DNA of 64,000 bases, taken from Octopus sinensis (lineage: Eukaryota). Below, one piece after another: positions 27,206 through 39,400 of this stretch (position 1 is its first letter; every line of letters begins with the position of its first letter). The position numbers were made by a program, and so were the translations under genes. The DNA lies in the NCBI RefSeq assembly GCF_006345805.1, contig NC_043008.1:45818001-45882000 (forward strand), in the 5' to 3' direction. Under the pieces are notes generated by a model. That model saw only the letters and a program-made list of their open reading frames with translations, did no database searches and had not been told where the DNA came from.

Positions 27206-27799
27206 GAAGATATGGATATATTGATAAAGATTTAGATATAGATTCAAATAAGTATTAGAAACAGCTCGAGGGATATAAACAATAGCGAACATAGACAGGC
27301 AAAGTAGCTACTTTGCTAGTTGGTGGGCAGGCTGCGCTTTTAAGAGTAAGGAAATATATTCCCATCAACGTGCTTGGTTTTAAAACACCTGGAATTCAGT
27401 CACAGACAAGCAAGATGACCTGCATCAAGTTCCATTCTGGGGCGGTGTACATGGATGTTTCGTCTTTCTTGTGTCTTGTCAACACTGCGTCCCGGAACAA
27501 GGTCCGATATACGCTAAATCACCCTCTGTCCCAACTTTCGTACCACAGATGAAAATTCAAATCTGAAATGGAAGCGGCTTGAGGGATATAAACAATATGA
27601 AGCTCTCATAGACATTATATGTGTCTCGCTAGTTCAAGGATAGACTGTGTCTGGGGTTAAAAAACCTCATGCAAGTTATCTCACTCGTCTATGACCAATA
27701 TTTTGGGATGGGAACTTGGAACTCAGTGTAATTTAACAAAAAGAGACCTACCCTGAAAGACAGCAGATTTCAGCACTGCCACACAATCCCATGTTTTGA

Positions 27800-28190
27800 T
27801 GTGTCTCCTCTCCTATCTTTTCTCCTGTCAAAGGTTGTTCCTCCAGTGTTCGCCACCTCACCTCGTTATGGCTTAGCGGACCTTACTGTTTGTTTCAACT
27901 GTCCTGTTTTTGTTACCCTCTTTTACCCTCCGCAAATCCCAATTTTTTTTTTTGCTTTGCAGGTGCAACTGCTTCTCGAAGACACATCTTGTCGTAATTG
28001 CTCGAAATGTGGAGTAGATAAAACAGCCGACAGCTGATGAAGGGTCGTCCTTTATATTACTTGCCTTGTTTTCCATTTATTCCTTTCATTGTTTGCAGAA
28101 AATGTTCGTATTCCATGTTTTCTTATTTTGTATTTCATGTTATTTACGTTTTGTGACGTCCTGTACCTATATCTGCATATCTATATGCAT
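27800..28190 (+). repeat. Interspersed repeat, possibly PLE terminal-repeat derived; related to about 32500-32700 and 33484-33684 (-)
   Basis: Shares cgaaaYgtggagtagat...ctgaWgaaggg and gtcctgtacc.atat with the minus-strand copies. Confidence 0.5.
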
Positions 28191-28223
28191 ATATATTTAA
28201 GTATGTACATATATATGTATATA

Positions 28224-28310
<87 letters not shown>

Positions 28311-28393
28311 ATACATTTATATATATGTATGCACACACACACATATATATATATAAATATTAGGGAGTAAATCCAAACTTACAGGGGAAAATA

Positions 28394-28440
<47 letters not shown>

Positions 28441-29545
28441 ATATTATATGATTGAACGCCACGCATCCATTTCCAAGTAAGTTTTGTCTCACTCTCTCTC
28501 TCTCACTCTTTCTATATATATATGTGTATGTGTGTGTGTGTGTGTGTATCTGTGTGTGTGTGTGTGTGTGTGTGTGAATAAACTTCAAGATATAGGCACA
28601 CTTCGGAAGACCTCAATTGATTAAACGTTGTTAAACGTTTACACTGCAGTTACCCTGGTTCAAAAAGATATGCTTATACCCAATCGGTTAGAAGAATCGT
28701 TATGAGCAGCGAACATTAATAAAAATCAAACAAGCATAAATGCCACACACACACTACGTAATTTATTTGTAATCTGCAAGTTTTTCAATGGCATGAAACA
28801 TCGTTGTTTATACAATCAATTAGAATACGCTACTTATTAAGACGAAAGGAATTCATAAGTGCAGTCATATGCTTCCGCCTCTCCGCCTCCGTCTCTATGC
28901 TTCTTCTCCTCGCAAAACGTCTCCGTCTCTATATGTGTGACGTTACCGTACTGATTGCTGGCCACCAACTATCATTCCGCATTACGTCTACTCTCTCTGT
29001 ACCTCTCTTTCACTCCTTCTCTCCTCATCTCTCTACTCTACTTAAAAACATGACTAGAAAAACCGACCAGCCGACCGACCAGCCATAAACAAAGAGACAA
29101 ACAAATAAACAAACAAACAAACACTTATATTAGCTGTTTATAAATATAGATTAACCTTGAATGGCATACAGAGAATACTTCAGGTAATTTTAATTCCATA
29201 GCAGATAAATATCTGCATAATTATTTTTATGATAAAAAAATTATAAAATATATATGGAACCTACACTTTTGAAATTGGCTTGAGATAACCTGTACAGAGT
29301 GGTAGGTATATCATTTCTGGGATGGAATACGTCAATTGATATGGAAACAGATTTGATTTAAATTTGGGAAAATAAAGATCACAATTGAATTTTTCTCTTT
29401 CTATATATTTAATAAATAATAACTACGTTATTATTTGTGAGATTAAACGCTTCAGAGGTCAAAGCTTGAAAATTGCAAGTAATCGAGTTTATCGTCAGTT
29501 TTTATTATTACTATTATTACTATTATTATTATTATTATTATTATT

Positions 29546-30104
29546 GAGTGAGAGAGCAGTTCATGCCATCAAAGTGACACTGGGGTAAAATATACGAAGC
29601 CCAATATACCCATCATGACTACCCGTCTGATAAAGGTACACCAGGCACATGAATCACAACCATATGTGCGCGACATGGTGATCTTATATCAAGATAAACA
29701 GCACATGATCTTGCAGGTGGGGCCCAGTTAGAATTTTCTTCAGGTTGAGTAGCCCATCCCGCTCAAACGGTCCCTGAATAAGGGTTGTTTAAGGATGTTG
29801 AAAGAACCACCCATGTTTCCAGAGGTGAACTATTCAAACCCCAAAGAATCCCTCTCAACACATGGCTATGATGCTCCCCCACTACTTCTGCTCGTGATCA
29901 GAGATGCACATATCGTCAGCCACTAAGGGACATGCTCAACTGGTTAAGGTCAAACAACTGACAAGCAAATCTGTGGTATTGAGCAGAATATTTGCTGTAG
30001 CCCATCTTTTATACCAAGACAAAACAATGTACATGATAACACTTCCAATCAGTTAAGATCAGAAGCCATGAGAGCCACTGCCTGGTACTGCATCAGGGCA
30101 TAAA
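29546..30104 (-). mobile_element. 559-bp non-coding interspersed element inserted in a (TAA)n array (copy A)
   Basis: Reverse complement of 63208-63766 with 5 substitutions; flanked by (ATT)n on both sides. Strand is assigned relative to the TAA strand. Confidence 0.85.
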
Positions 30105-30120
30105 ATTATTATTATTATTA

Positions 30121-30168
<48 letters not shown>

Positions 30169-30210
30169 CATTATTATTATTATCATTATTATTATTATCA
30201 TTATTATTAA

Positions 30211-30241
<31 letters not shown>

Positions 30242-30899
30242 ATTATTAATATTATTATTATTATTATTTAGAACTGTTATCACGAAAATAATATGTCTGG
30301 CAACCTATTTATGCTCTCTTACTGACGATAGCATCCAAGCAAATCTCCGGTTCAATGTAGCTAAATATTCTGGAATGCTTATTTTAAATAGCCGCGTCAA
30401 AAAAGTGGCCAGCTGGCAGAATGCTTCCAACTATATCAATCTAAGAGAAAAACTATGGAAAGGGAAGATATAATTATAAATTCAATGGGCGCGTTTCCAA
30501 AGTATCAATAATATAAACATAGTTTCATGAACATAGAATATTCATTTGCATAACCACACACACACACACAGGCATACACACACATATATATATATTTATG
30601 AGCAGTATAAGATGTGGAGTCTTCAGTTTTCAGAGAAACGTCGACTTATGGACTCGGCTGTCAATCTGAATAGTATATATATATATATATAATATATATA
30701 TATATATATACCTAGGACTATATCCCATTTTTAGGAGGGTGTAGCCACAACAAGACACACACCAGGAATTCCATTCATTTCCCACCTCAAAGGGGTGAGC
30801 TCCGTCCCCTTCTGGGGGTCAAGGCAACGAACGCAGCTCCCAATATCAACAGTGGGGCCCGACACCATATGCTGATTTACCCCCGCCACATCATGCTGA

Positions 30900-31800
30900 T
30901 TCCATACCCCTTTGAGAAACATCAAAATTCACTCATCCGTCCACAAACACTCTCCAAGCTTTCCTATCGTTTATAAACTCTCATGCCTCTCTTACTCCAA
31001 CAACTCTAACCACCAAAGCTGTCCTTACTCTATCCAACCACACAAACCGAGGTCTGCTTCTGGTTATGCTACCTACCACTTCGACCTTAAATTCAGTTTA
31101 TCAAGCACAGACACAGACGTATACCCCTAAAACTCACACTCACATTTATCCTTTTCCCCTTGTACTATGGCACTATACAGACACTGCACCAGTCCTTTTG
31201 GTACTCTTCCAGCTATATAACAATCATAAGCCTCACTAACCATTCAATCACTGTCACTCCCTCATTCTTTTAGGCATTTTACTGTTCACCCATCTATACC
31301 TAGCGCCTTCCGGTTTGCTTATCTTCCGAACCTAATCCCTCACCTCCTCATTTCCAATTGCACCATAGTGTCATTCCCCTGCAACAGGTATTCTCCTCTC
31401 TCCTCCTACAGCCACTAAACTCGCCTCCCTATCATCTTCCGCATTTAACATCTCACTAAAATACTCTGCCCATCTACTTTGTACATCCTTACATCCTTTC
31501 AACAGATCTTCATTTACATATTTTCGCCCTTTCTCCCCTTCCCCCACCACCTCTCTTACCCTCTCTACCACTTTTCAAAACATGTTTTTATTTCTTACAA
31601 ACTGTTCACTCAGCTTTTCCCCGAACCTTTCACTCGCCTCCCATATCGCCACCCTCGCCACCCTCGCCACCCTCGCTACCCTCGCCACCCTCGCCACCCT
31701 CGCCACTCTCTTCACTCTCTTTTCTCTCTTCACTTTTCTGTAGCGTTCATAAACCCCTCCGTCCCTATTCTGCAACCACACTTTTTGGTTCGTATCCTGC
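30900..31800 (-). mobile_element. Decayed, internally deleted RTE-clade LINE fragment
   Basis: RWAEYFSEMLNAEDDREA, GVTVIEWLVRL, CIVP.YKGK...FRGI, joined to the C-terminal SRPRFVWLDRV; in-frame 9-bp repeat expansion near 31645-31706. Confidence 0.75.
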
Positions 31801-31933
31801 TTTGAAACTAAAGAGTACCAGCGAATTTGAATCAAACTGTTTTGCTCGATACATGTAACCACCCAATAAATTGATTGAGTGCCTTTCTTTCTTTTGTTGT
31901 TCACTCACCCACATACATACATACATACATACA

Positions 31934-31969
<36 letters not shown>

Positions 31970-31989
31970 TGTATATAGGGAAAATTCAT

Positions 31990-32135
31990 AAAGAGAATCA
32001 AGAGACGAAGACAGGTGGTGTAGACAACAAACAGATGTATTAGTATAACGCTCGGGAAGTGAAACAATCTTTAACGTTTCGAGCTTACGCTCTTCCACAG
32101 AGAGGAACACAGAAAGAAAGAAGGAGAGAAACTAA
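31990..32135 (-). mobile_element. PLE terminal-repeat fragment containing a second hammerhead-like motif (32068-32105)
   Basis: Reverse complement reads ctctgtggaagagcgtaagctcgaaacgttaaaga...gagcgttatactaataca, homologous to 3870-3990. Confidence 0.6.
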
Positions 32136-32430
32136 AGAATGTGTAGTGGCTAGCGATCTATTATGGCGAATGCCGGAGAGAAGGGTCACACAGTAGAGCT
32201 AGGGAGAAGGGGAGATAATAAAGTAGATGTGATCCCAAAATACACTCTGCAATTTTCTATTGACACGAATGCAAAAAGGAATCATCCAAGAAGGATTTCA
32301 GTGAACAATTTTCATGGTGTTGCACATTTAGATGGTTTTATTAAATCCATTCAGTTCTTAAACATATACAAATCTTGGAATTAAATGGCTTTGATTTACT
32401 TTCAGGTTACTTGTGACCAAAGCTGTATAT

Positions 32431-33375
32431 GTATATTTATATATATATATATATAAATAAATCAATAAATAAATAAAATATATGCATATATACATATATG
32501 TACGTACCTACCTCTACATGTATATATACATGCATATATGGGTACAGGACACCCAAAACACGTCGAACACAATGAGAAACGAAAACATAAACACAAAACC
32601 AAGGAAATACAGTACAGGACATACAAAACAAGGAAAATTCCCCTTCTTCAGTCGCCTTAATTTCATCTACTCCACGTTTCGAAGGTCAAGAAGGAAAATG
32701 CTAAAACTTTACATAGTTTTAATACATTTTGAAATATATCTTAAATATATTTTGCATTATAATTATCGACCGGTTTCCCTTTTGCTGATCATGACATTGA
32801 AATTAATGTAATTTCGTATTTCCTTCAGAAGATTTTAGTCCATGTACGAGGAGAAACTTATGAAGGAATGATTAAACAATTAGAAGAACCTAAGGCGACG
32901 TAATTGGTGAGCATTAATAGTGTGACAAGGGAGGTAATTTACCTTCTTTCGGGGAGGGATAAATATGCACAGAAACTTGCAGTAGTGAGAATAAATATGT
33001 ACAATGGTGGGTATGTGATCATGAATTAAAATATTTTAATTCATATTAATCTCCTCAATGAATGATGAAAAATTACCTCTCCTGTCCCCAATAATAATGA
33101 TCGCCAAGTACCTCCATTGAGATTTTAATACTTGTTCAATGATTTATTTATAAATTTCTCCGCTAAAATGTTCTTAAGAAAATACGAAATTACAATAATT
33201 TCAATGTCACGATTAGCGATAGCAAAACCTGTCGACAACCTGACGTGAAAATATATTTTATAACATATTAAATCTATATAAAATGTGTGCATTTTCCTTC
33301 ATTTATTTTATATATGTTTTTTGTGTTACTGTATTTATGTATATACGCTTACACATACATATACATATATATATG

Positions 33376-33411
<36 letters not shown>

Positions 33412-34359
33412 CGTATATTTATATATATATATATATATAAATAAATCAATAAATAAATAAAATATATGCATATATACATATATGTACGTACCTACCTCTA
33501 CATGTATATATACATGCATATATGGGTACAGGACACCCAAAACACGTCGAACACAATGAGAAACGAAAACATAAACACAAAACCAAGGAAATACAGTACA
33601 GGACATACAAAACAAGGAAAATTCCCCTTCTTCAGTCGCCTTAATTTCATCTACTCCACGTTTCGAAGGTCAAGAAGGAAAATGCTAAAACTTTACATAG
33701 TTTTAATACATTTTGAAATATATCTTAAATATATTTTGCATTATAATTATCGACCGGTTTCCCTTTTGCTGATCATGACATTGAAATTAATGTAATTTCG
33801 TATTTCCTTCAGAAGATTTTAGTCCATGTACGAGGAGAAACTTATGAAGGAATGATTAAACAATTAGAAGAACCTAAGGCGACGTAATTGGTGAGCATTA
33901 ATAGTGTGACAAGGGAGGTAATTTACCTTCTTTCGGGGAGGGATAAATATGCACAGAAACTTGCAGTAGTGAGAATAAATATGTACAATGGTGGGTATGT
34001 GATCATGAATTAAAATATTTTAATTCATATTAATCTCCTCAATGAATGATGAAAAATTACCTCTCCTGTCCCCAATAATAATGATCGCCAAGTACCTCCA
34101 TTGAGATTTTAATACTTGTTCAATGATTTATTTATAAATTTCTCCGCTAAAATGTTCTTAAGAAAATACGAAATTACAATAATTTCAATGTCACGATTAG
34201 CGATAGCAAAACCTGTCGACAACCTGACGTGAAAATATATTTTATAACATATTAAATCTATATAAAATGTGTGCATTTTCCTTCATTTATTTTATATATG
34301 TTTTTTGTGTTACTGTATTTATGTATATACGCTTACACATACATATACATATATATATG

Positions 34360-34395
<36 letters not shown>

Positions 34396-34396
34396 C
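32431..34396. repeat. Direct tandem duplication of a 984-bp unit (about 32431-33412 and 33413-34396)
   Basis: Identical ORFs at offset 984 (32482/33466). No differences seen outside the (TA)n tracts; gtatatttatat occurs at all three junctions. Confidence 0.93.
32766..33235. mobile_element. Foldback/MITE-like element with about 190-bp imperfect inverted arms (second copy 33750-34219)
   Basis: tcgaccggttt...tgacattgaaattaatgtaatttcgtattt is the reverse complement of aaatacgaaattacaataatttcaatgtca...aaacctgtcga. Confidence 0.8.
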
Positions 34397-34399
34397 GTA

Positions 34400-34442
<43 letters not shown>

Positions 34443-34497
34443 ACACACACACATATATATGTACATTTTTATATATACATATGGATGTATGTATGTA

Positions 34498-34787
34498 TGA
34501 AGTATATTTTCCAGTTAAATGTGGCTAACCCTTGAGGTTAGATGCTACTTTAGCTTGTAGCCCCAGGAACACATCTCCTCCAGCTGGCTATTGACTCACT
34601 TTCTGTCCCCTATCAGTATTTGCAAGGGGAAGTCATTCTTCCCATCTTCAACCTGACATGAAACACACGGACCAGAGTACAGAATGTGTGTCAATAGCCA
34701 GCTGGAAGAGGTGTCCTCCTGGGGCTACAAGCTACAGTAGCATCCACCCTTAAGGGTTAGCCACATTTAAGCGGCGAATATACTTCA
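34498..34787. mobile_element. MITE with 109-bp terminal inverted repeats and a 72-bp spacer
   Basis: 34498-34606 is the reverse complement of 34679-34787 at roughly 85-90% identity. Confidence 0.88.
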
Positions 34788-34921
34788 CGATGTCGTGCAG
34801 CTACTGTTTATACCTTGCTCAGAGATTTATATGTATGTATGTATGTATGTATGTATGCATGCATGTTTGTATGTATATATGTATGTATATATGTATGTAT
34901 GTATATATGTATGTATGCATG

Positions 34922-34988
<67 letters not shown>

Positions 34989-35679
34989 GTGTGTGAGTGT
35001 GTGTGTGTGTGTGTGTGCGTGCGTGTGAGTGTATATATATATATATATATATTGAGAGAAATAGAGCAAGTGATAGAGTGAGGGTGAGGGACAGACAGTT
35101 TACTTACAAGTGAGAGCAAATGTTGAGAAAAATTAACCTGTTTTATTTACTGATTCTGTAGCGTGCATGAAGCGAACATGAGCCATTAATACGCTCATTG
35201 AATATGCAACAGATCAAACGTAAAGCGATAAAAGGATTGCAAATCAATACATAATAATCTTTCTTGTACTAAATTGGATCATTGATTTGGGCAATTATTT
35301 TTTTGCTTCCTTTGGGTAATGTAAAGTTGTGCTAGGAAAAGAGACATATCGATTATAGTTGAAACGCTTTGTTTGAAGATTAGCTGTACATGTCAAAGTA
35401 CAAACGAAAACCTACAAAACATCAAATATTGGGTTTTCAATTAGAAAGGAAATTTTAAACGAAAAAGTCCTCCTTTTCAAATTCATACATTGAATGCAGA
35501 AAGTATTTACATATTTTTTGTTGCAATGAAATAATATATCTAAAATATAATATATATATATATATAAATATACATATATATATAAAATGAAAATGATTAC
35601 TATGTTAGTCTTGATAAGAAACAAATATATTATTTTCATTATAGAAATATACTAATGCTTACTCCTACTGTTAATGATT

Positions 35680-36302
35680 TTTATGCACAGTGCTCAACTT
35701 GTACTTCTCTTATCGACACCGAAATGATGAATGGCAAAGTTAGCCTGAACAGAATTCGAACTCCAAAGGTGAAGACGGACGAAATGTCGCTATGCATTTT
35801 TCGCTGTGCTCTAACGGTTCTTCCAGCTCACGCTTTGATAGTAATTTTAAAATATAACAATAATTGATTTAAATTTTGGCACAAGGCCAGTAATTTACGG
35901 GCAAAGGGTAAGGCGATTGCATCGACTCTAGTGACCAACTGGTACTAATTTTCATCGACCCCGAAAGGAAGAAATGCAAAGACGACCGTGGCAAAATTTG
36001 AGCTTCGGAGATAAAAGCAGACAAAATGCCACGAAGAATTTCGCCTGCCGTGCCAGCCATTCTGAGTGCACGTTGCCTTAAAAACGATAATAATAGTAAT
36101 AATAATCCTTTCTACTATACGCACAAGGTGGGAAACGAGTCGATTGCATCGACCCCAGTGTTTCATTGGTACATAATTATCGACACCGATAGCACGAAAG
36201 CCAAAGTCGACCTCGGCTGAGTTTGAGCTCAGAACGTAGCAACAGATGAAATAACGTTAAGCATTTCACCTGATTAGCTGGCGATTCTGCCAGCACGCCG
36301 CC

Positions 36303-36305
<3 letters not shown>
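35680..36305 (-). mobile_element. Three tandem tRNA-SINE copies (about 35680-35838, 35880-36080, 36120-36305)
   Basis: Each is reverse-complement homologous to the SINE at 24661-24893. Confidence 0.8.
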
Positions 36306-36372
<67 letters not shown>

Positions 36373-36376
36373 CAAC

Positions 36377-36416
<40 letters not shown>

Positions 36417-36440
36417 TAATAATAATAATAACAATAATAA

Positions 36441-39400
36441 TTTATTGGCCACAAGGACCCAAAAAGCACAAAGGGGCATTACTCAAAACTAGCAAGGGAC
36501 GAAGGGGTTTAGACGATGCGTGTGAACAATATTCAAAAGCAATAGAAATCAAGCAATTAAATTCCCAAATATCAGGGGGTCCAATAAGGGCGACCAAGGA
36601 AACCCAACACACTATAGATACCCTGATTAAACAGGCAGCCTCAGGCAAATAGCTCTCTTCTCTTCACCCTCCCCAGCCTACAAGCGCGTACCAAGTGAAG
36701 GCCCATTCACAAGGGACATTTTCGCCACATTCACCCACCTCTCAACGAACTGACTGGGCGACACTGCTTCTTCCTCCACCCTTAGGTTCCTTATCGAGTG
36801 GAACCTCAGAAAGTTAATGAGACTTTGGCCGAAAGGAATATTCAACCCTTTCAGACGCGTCCACCACACAATCTCTTTCACCAGAACTGCCAGACAGAGA
36901 AGCTGCCTGAACTTTCCGGCCAAAGAAAGGTGGCGGGGAGAAGTCCACAATGGTCTCGAACGATAGTCAGATCAGTTCCACACACGACAACAGCAGTTCG
37001 ACAAAGCTCCACAGGTCAGCAATGCCCGGACACTGTACGAGTGTGTGCAGGACGTTTTCACTGCTCTGCGCAAATCTCGGACAAAACCGGCTGACCGCAC
37101 TTCCATGCTTGTAGAGCTTGTCTCGAACCTGCAGAGCCCCTGCCAGGCCACAGTCCTCTGAAAATCATTCATAGGCCGCGGCCCAAATTTTCTCTGAAAT
37201 ATACCAGCCAATTGTTCATCTGCAATGCCGAGAGATTCATCGTTCATGGCCGCATTGTCCCGCTGACTCAGAGCTGTGAGCGTTTGGAGACACTCTAAAT
37301 GCCAAGCCCCCTATTTCGGTCTACGCTTCATCCATGAATATCGCTTAGTCAAAGAGACGAGTAGCAGGAAAGCACTTTTAACAAACGGCGAGCATACCTA
37401 TTCACCGAGAAGGTATCGCTGGAGATGTCGCTCGCCTCAGCGTATGCCTGGGCTTCATTAGCCACGGCATCTCCATACGTCCACGCAGTAGATGCTGACA
37501 TCAAATGAAACGTCTGACAAGCGGAACCTGTCCTTTCCACAGAAAGTGGAGGAGAAAGCGCTCCAGGATAATCAAACACGAAGCAGAGCAAGGGGCAAAG
37601 GTTAGGCGGTAATAGAATACGGATGCTATGTACGCATTTTCTACCTCCGCCCGACCTTTCAAGCACAGTTTTCTCTCGCCCAATTTCTGGATGAGATTGG
37701 CCACTCTGCTTGTGATCTCGTAGTTCTTGTGCACTGGGAGATTTGGACCAAATCAGACACCAAGAAGTTTAACTGGTCCTTCTGTTCAGCGTCCAACAAC
37801 ACTATTACTGTGACTACGTCCGAATATGCTGACACGAAAACTCCGCATCTCGTGATATCCAGTATCTAGAGTAATGGCTCGAGAGCCAGCTCATGTAGAT
37901 GGGGTGAGAGTGGGCATGCTTGATGTACCGAACGCTCGATGCTAAACGATTCTGAAAGGTGGCCATTATCTTTGACCACCGATCAGATGTCGCTATACAT
38001 TGCAGTGATCCAGCCTCTGAAAACGGAACCCAAACTAGCTGCCTTAGGACAGCCGCCAAGTATTGATGGTCGACCCTACCAAAATCTTTCGTTTGATGTG
38101 AATTGTTTGGGGCCCGCTCATGCAGGGATATTTGCCTATCCTCTCCATGATATACGCGTGAGGTGGAGGTTGTCGCGGGTAGACCTGTTTGGAATAGCGC
38201 ATCACTGACCACTTTTAGCAAAGACAAGTGTCATCCTCTTCTCTAGCAACTTGGCCAATATCTTTTAATCTGTGCTTAGTAGAACTAGGGCTCTAAAGTT
38301 ATCGATGACGTCCCCCTTGTTCGGATCCTTTCACAACGGCATCACCACACCTTGGCTCACATAACTGGGAATTCTCTCATTCTGTTGCAAATTGCAGTAG
38401 ACAGGTACCAAGAGCTCACCGAACAAATCTGTTATATGGGTACAAAACACGAAAAGCAGACCATCCAAACTCGGAGACCTGTCCTTTGTGCAGCTAGACT
38501 CATGAATATCTTCGGCAATTACCAACATTTCGTAGATCAGCATTCCTGGCTGAAAGGTGCGGCAGGCCGCCAAGATAGGTGGTGAAATCAAATTCCGTCT
38601 TCGTGTCGTCACATGCCCCGAACTGTTCAGCGTTGTGCTACCGAAATTTCGCACACGTCTGCTTGGACTCATCTGTTATACGCCCGTCCTGCAACGTCAA
38701 AGACCGAATTGTGGTTTTGTTGTCCCGTTGTGCCTCAGTCATCCGGGACCATCGAACAGCTTTCGATGCCGCATATTTTAGAGCATGTGCCATAGGTCTG
38801 GCAACGCAACCTACATGTTTAGCTTTGAAGAATCGGTCATGTGCCAATCTCGCCGCCAGCGCGTATATCGCTATGCTTTTACTAAGTGCTTCTTAATGGT
38901 TTCGCTGATGGCTTTTATTACATAACTTTTGAGAAATCACCTACAGTGTTAGAAGATTTATTTTTGAATATGTTGTAAGAGCTTTCTATTGTTTTGATTA
39001 ATTTTATGTGTTGTCCTATGTAATTGTTGAGTGTTGGTGCAACGCGAGTGGTCTGGGTAATGTCTCTGTAATATTGAATGTCTTGTATTAATATCTTCTG
39101 TGTTTAGGGCAGTAGAGTTTATGATTTCTGGTCCTTTTTTGCCTGATGGCGTAGAGTTTCACTGTTCTCTGTGTCTAAATTAAATAGCGATGGTTGCAGA
39201 GGTAGTGATGGGGATGTGATTGTTGGCGGTGGAAATGTGGTTGGGTGTGCTGTGTTATTGATCCTGCTACTGCTATTCATCTCCATGAGTTCAAACCTAT
39301 TTGTTTCTCTGTTCTAGTTGATGTGTTTTTCTGTCTTCTTTTCTTTCTTTTAGGTATGTGTGTGTGTCTGGGGTGGGGGTTAAATGTTTCCCAATTCTGT

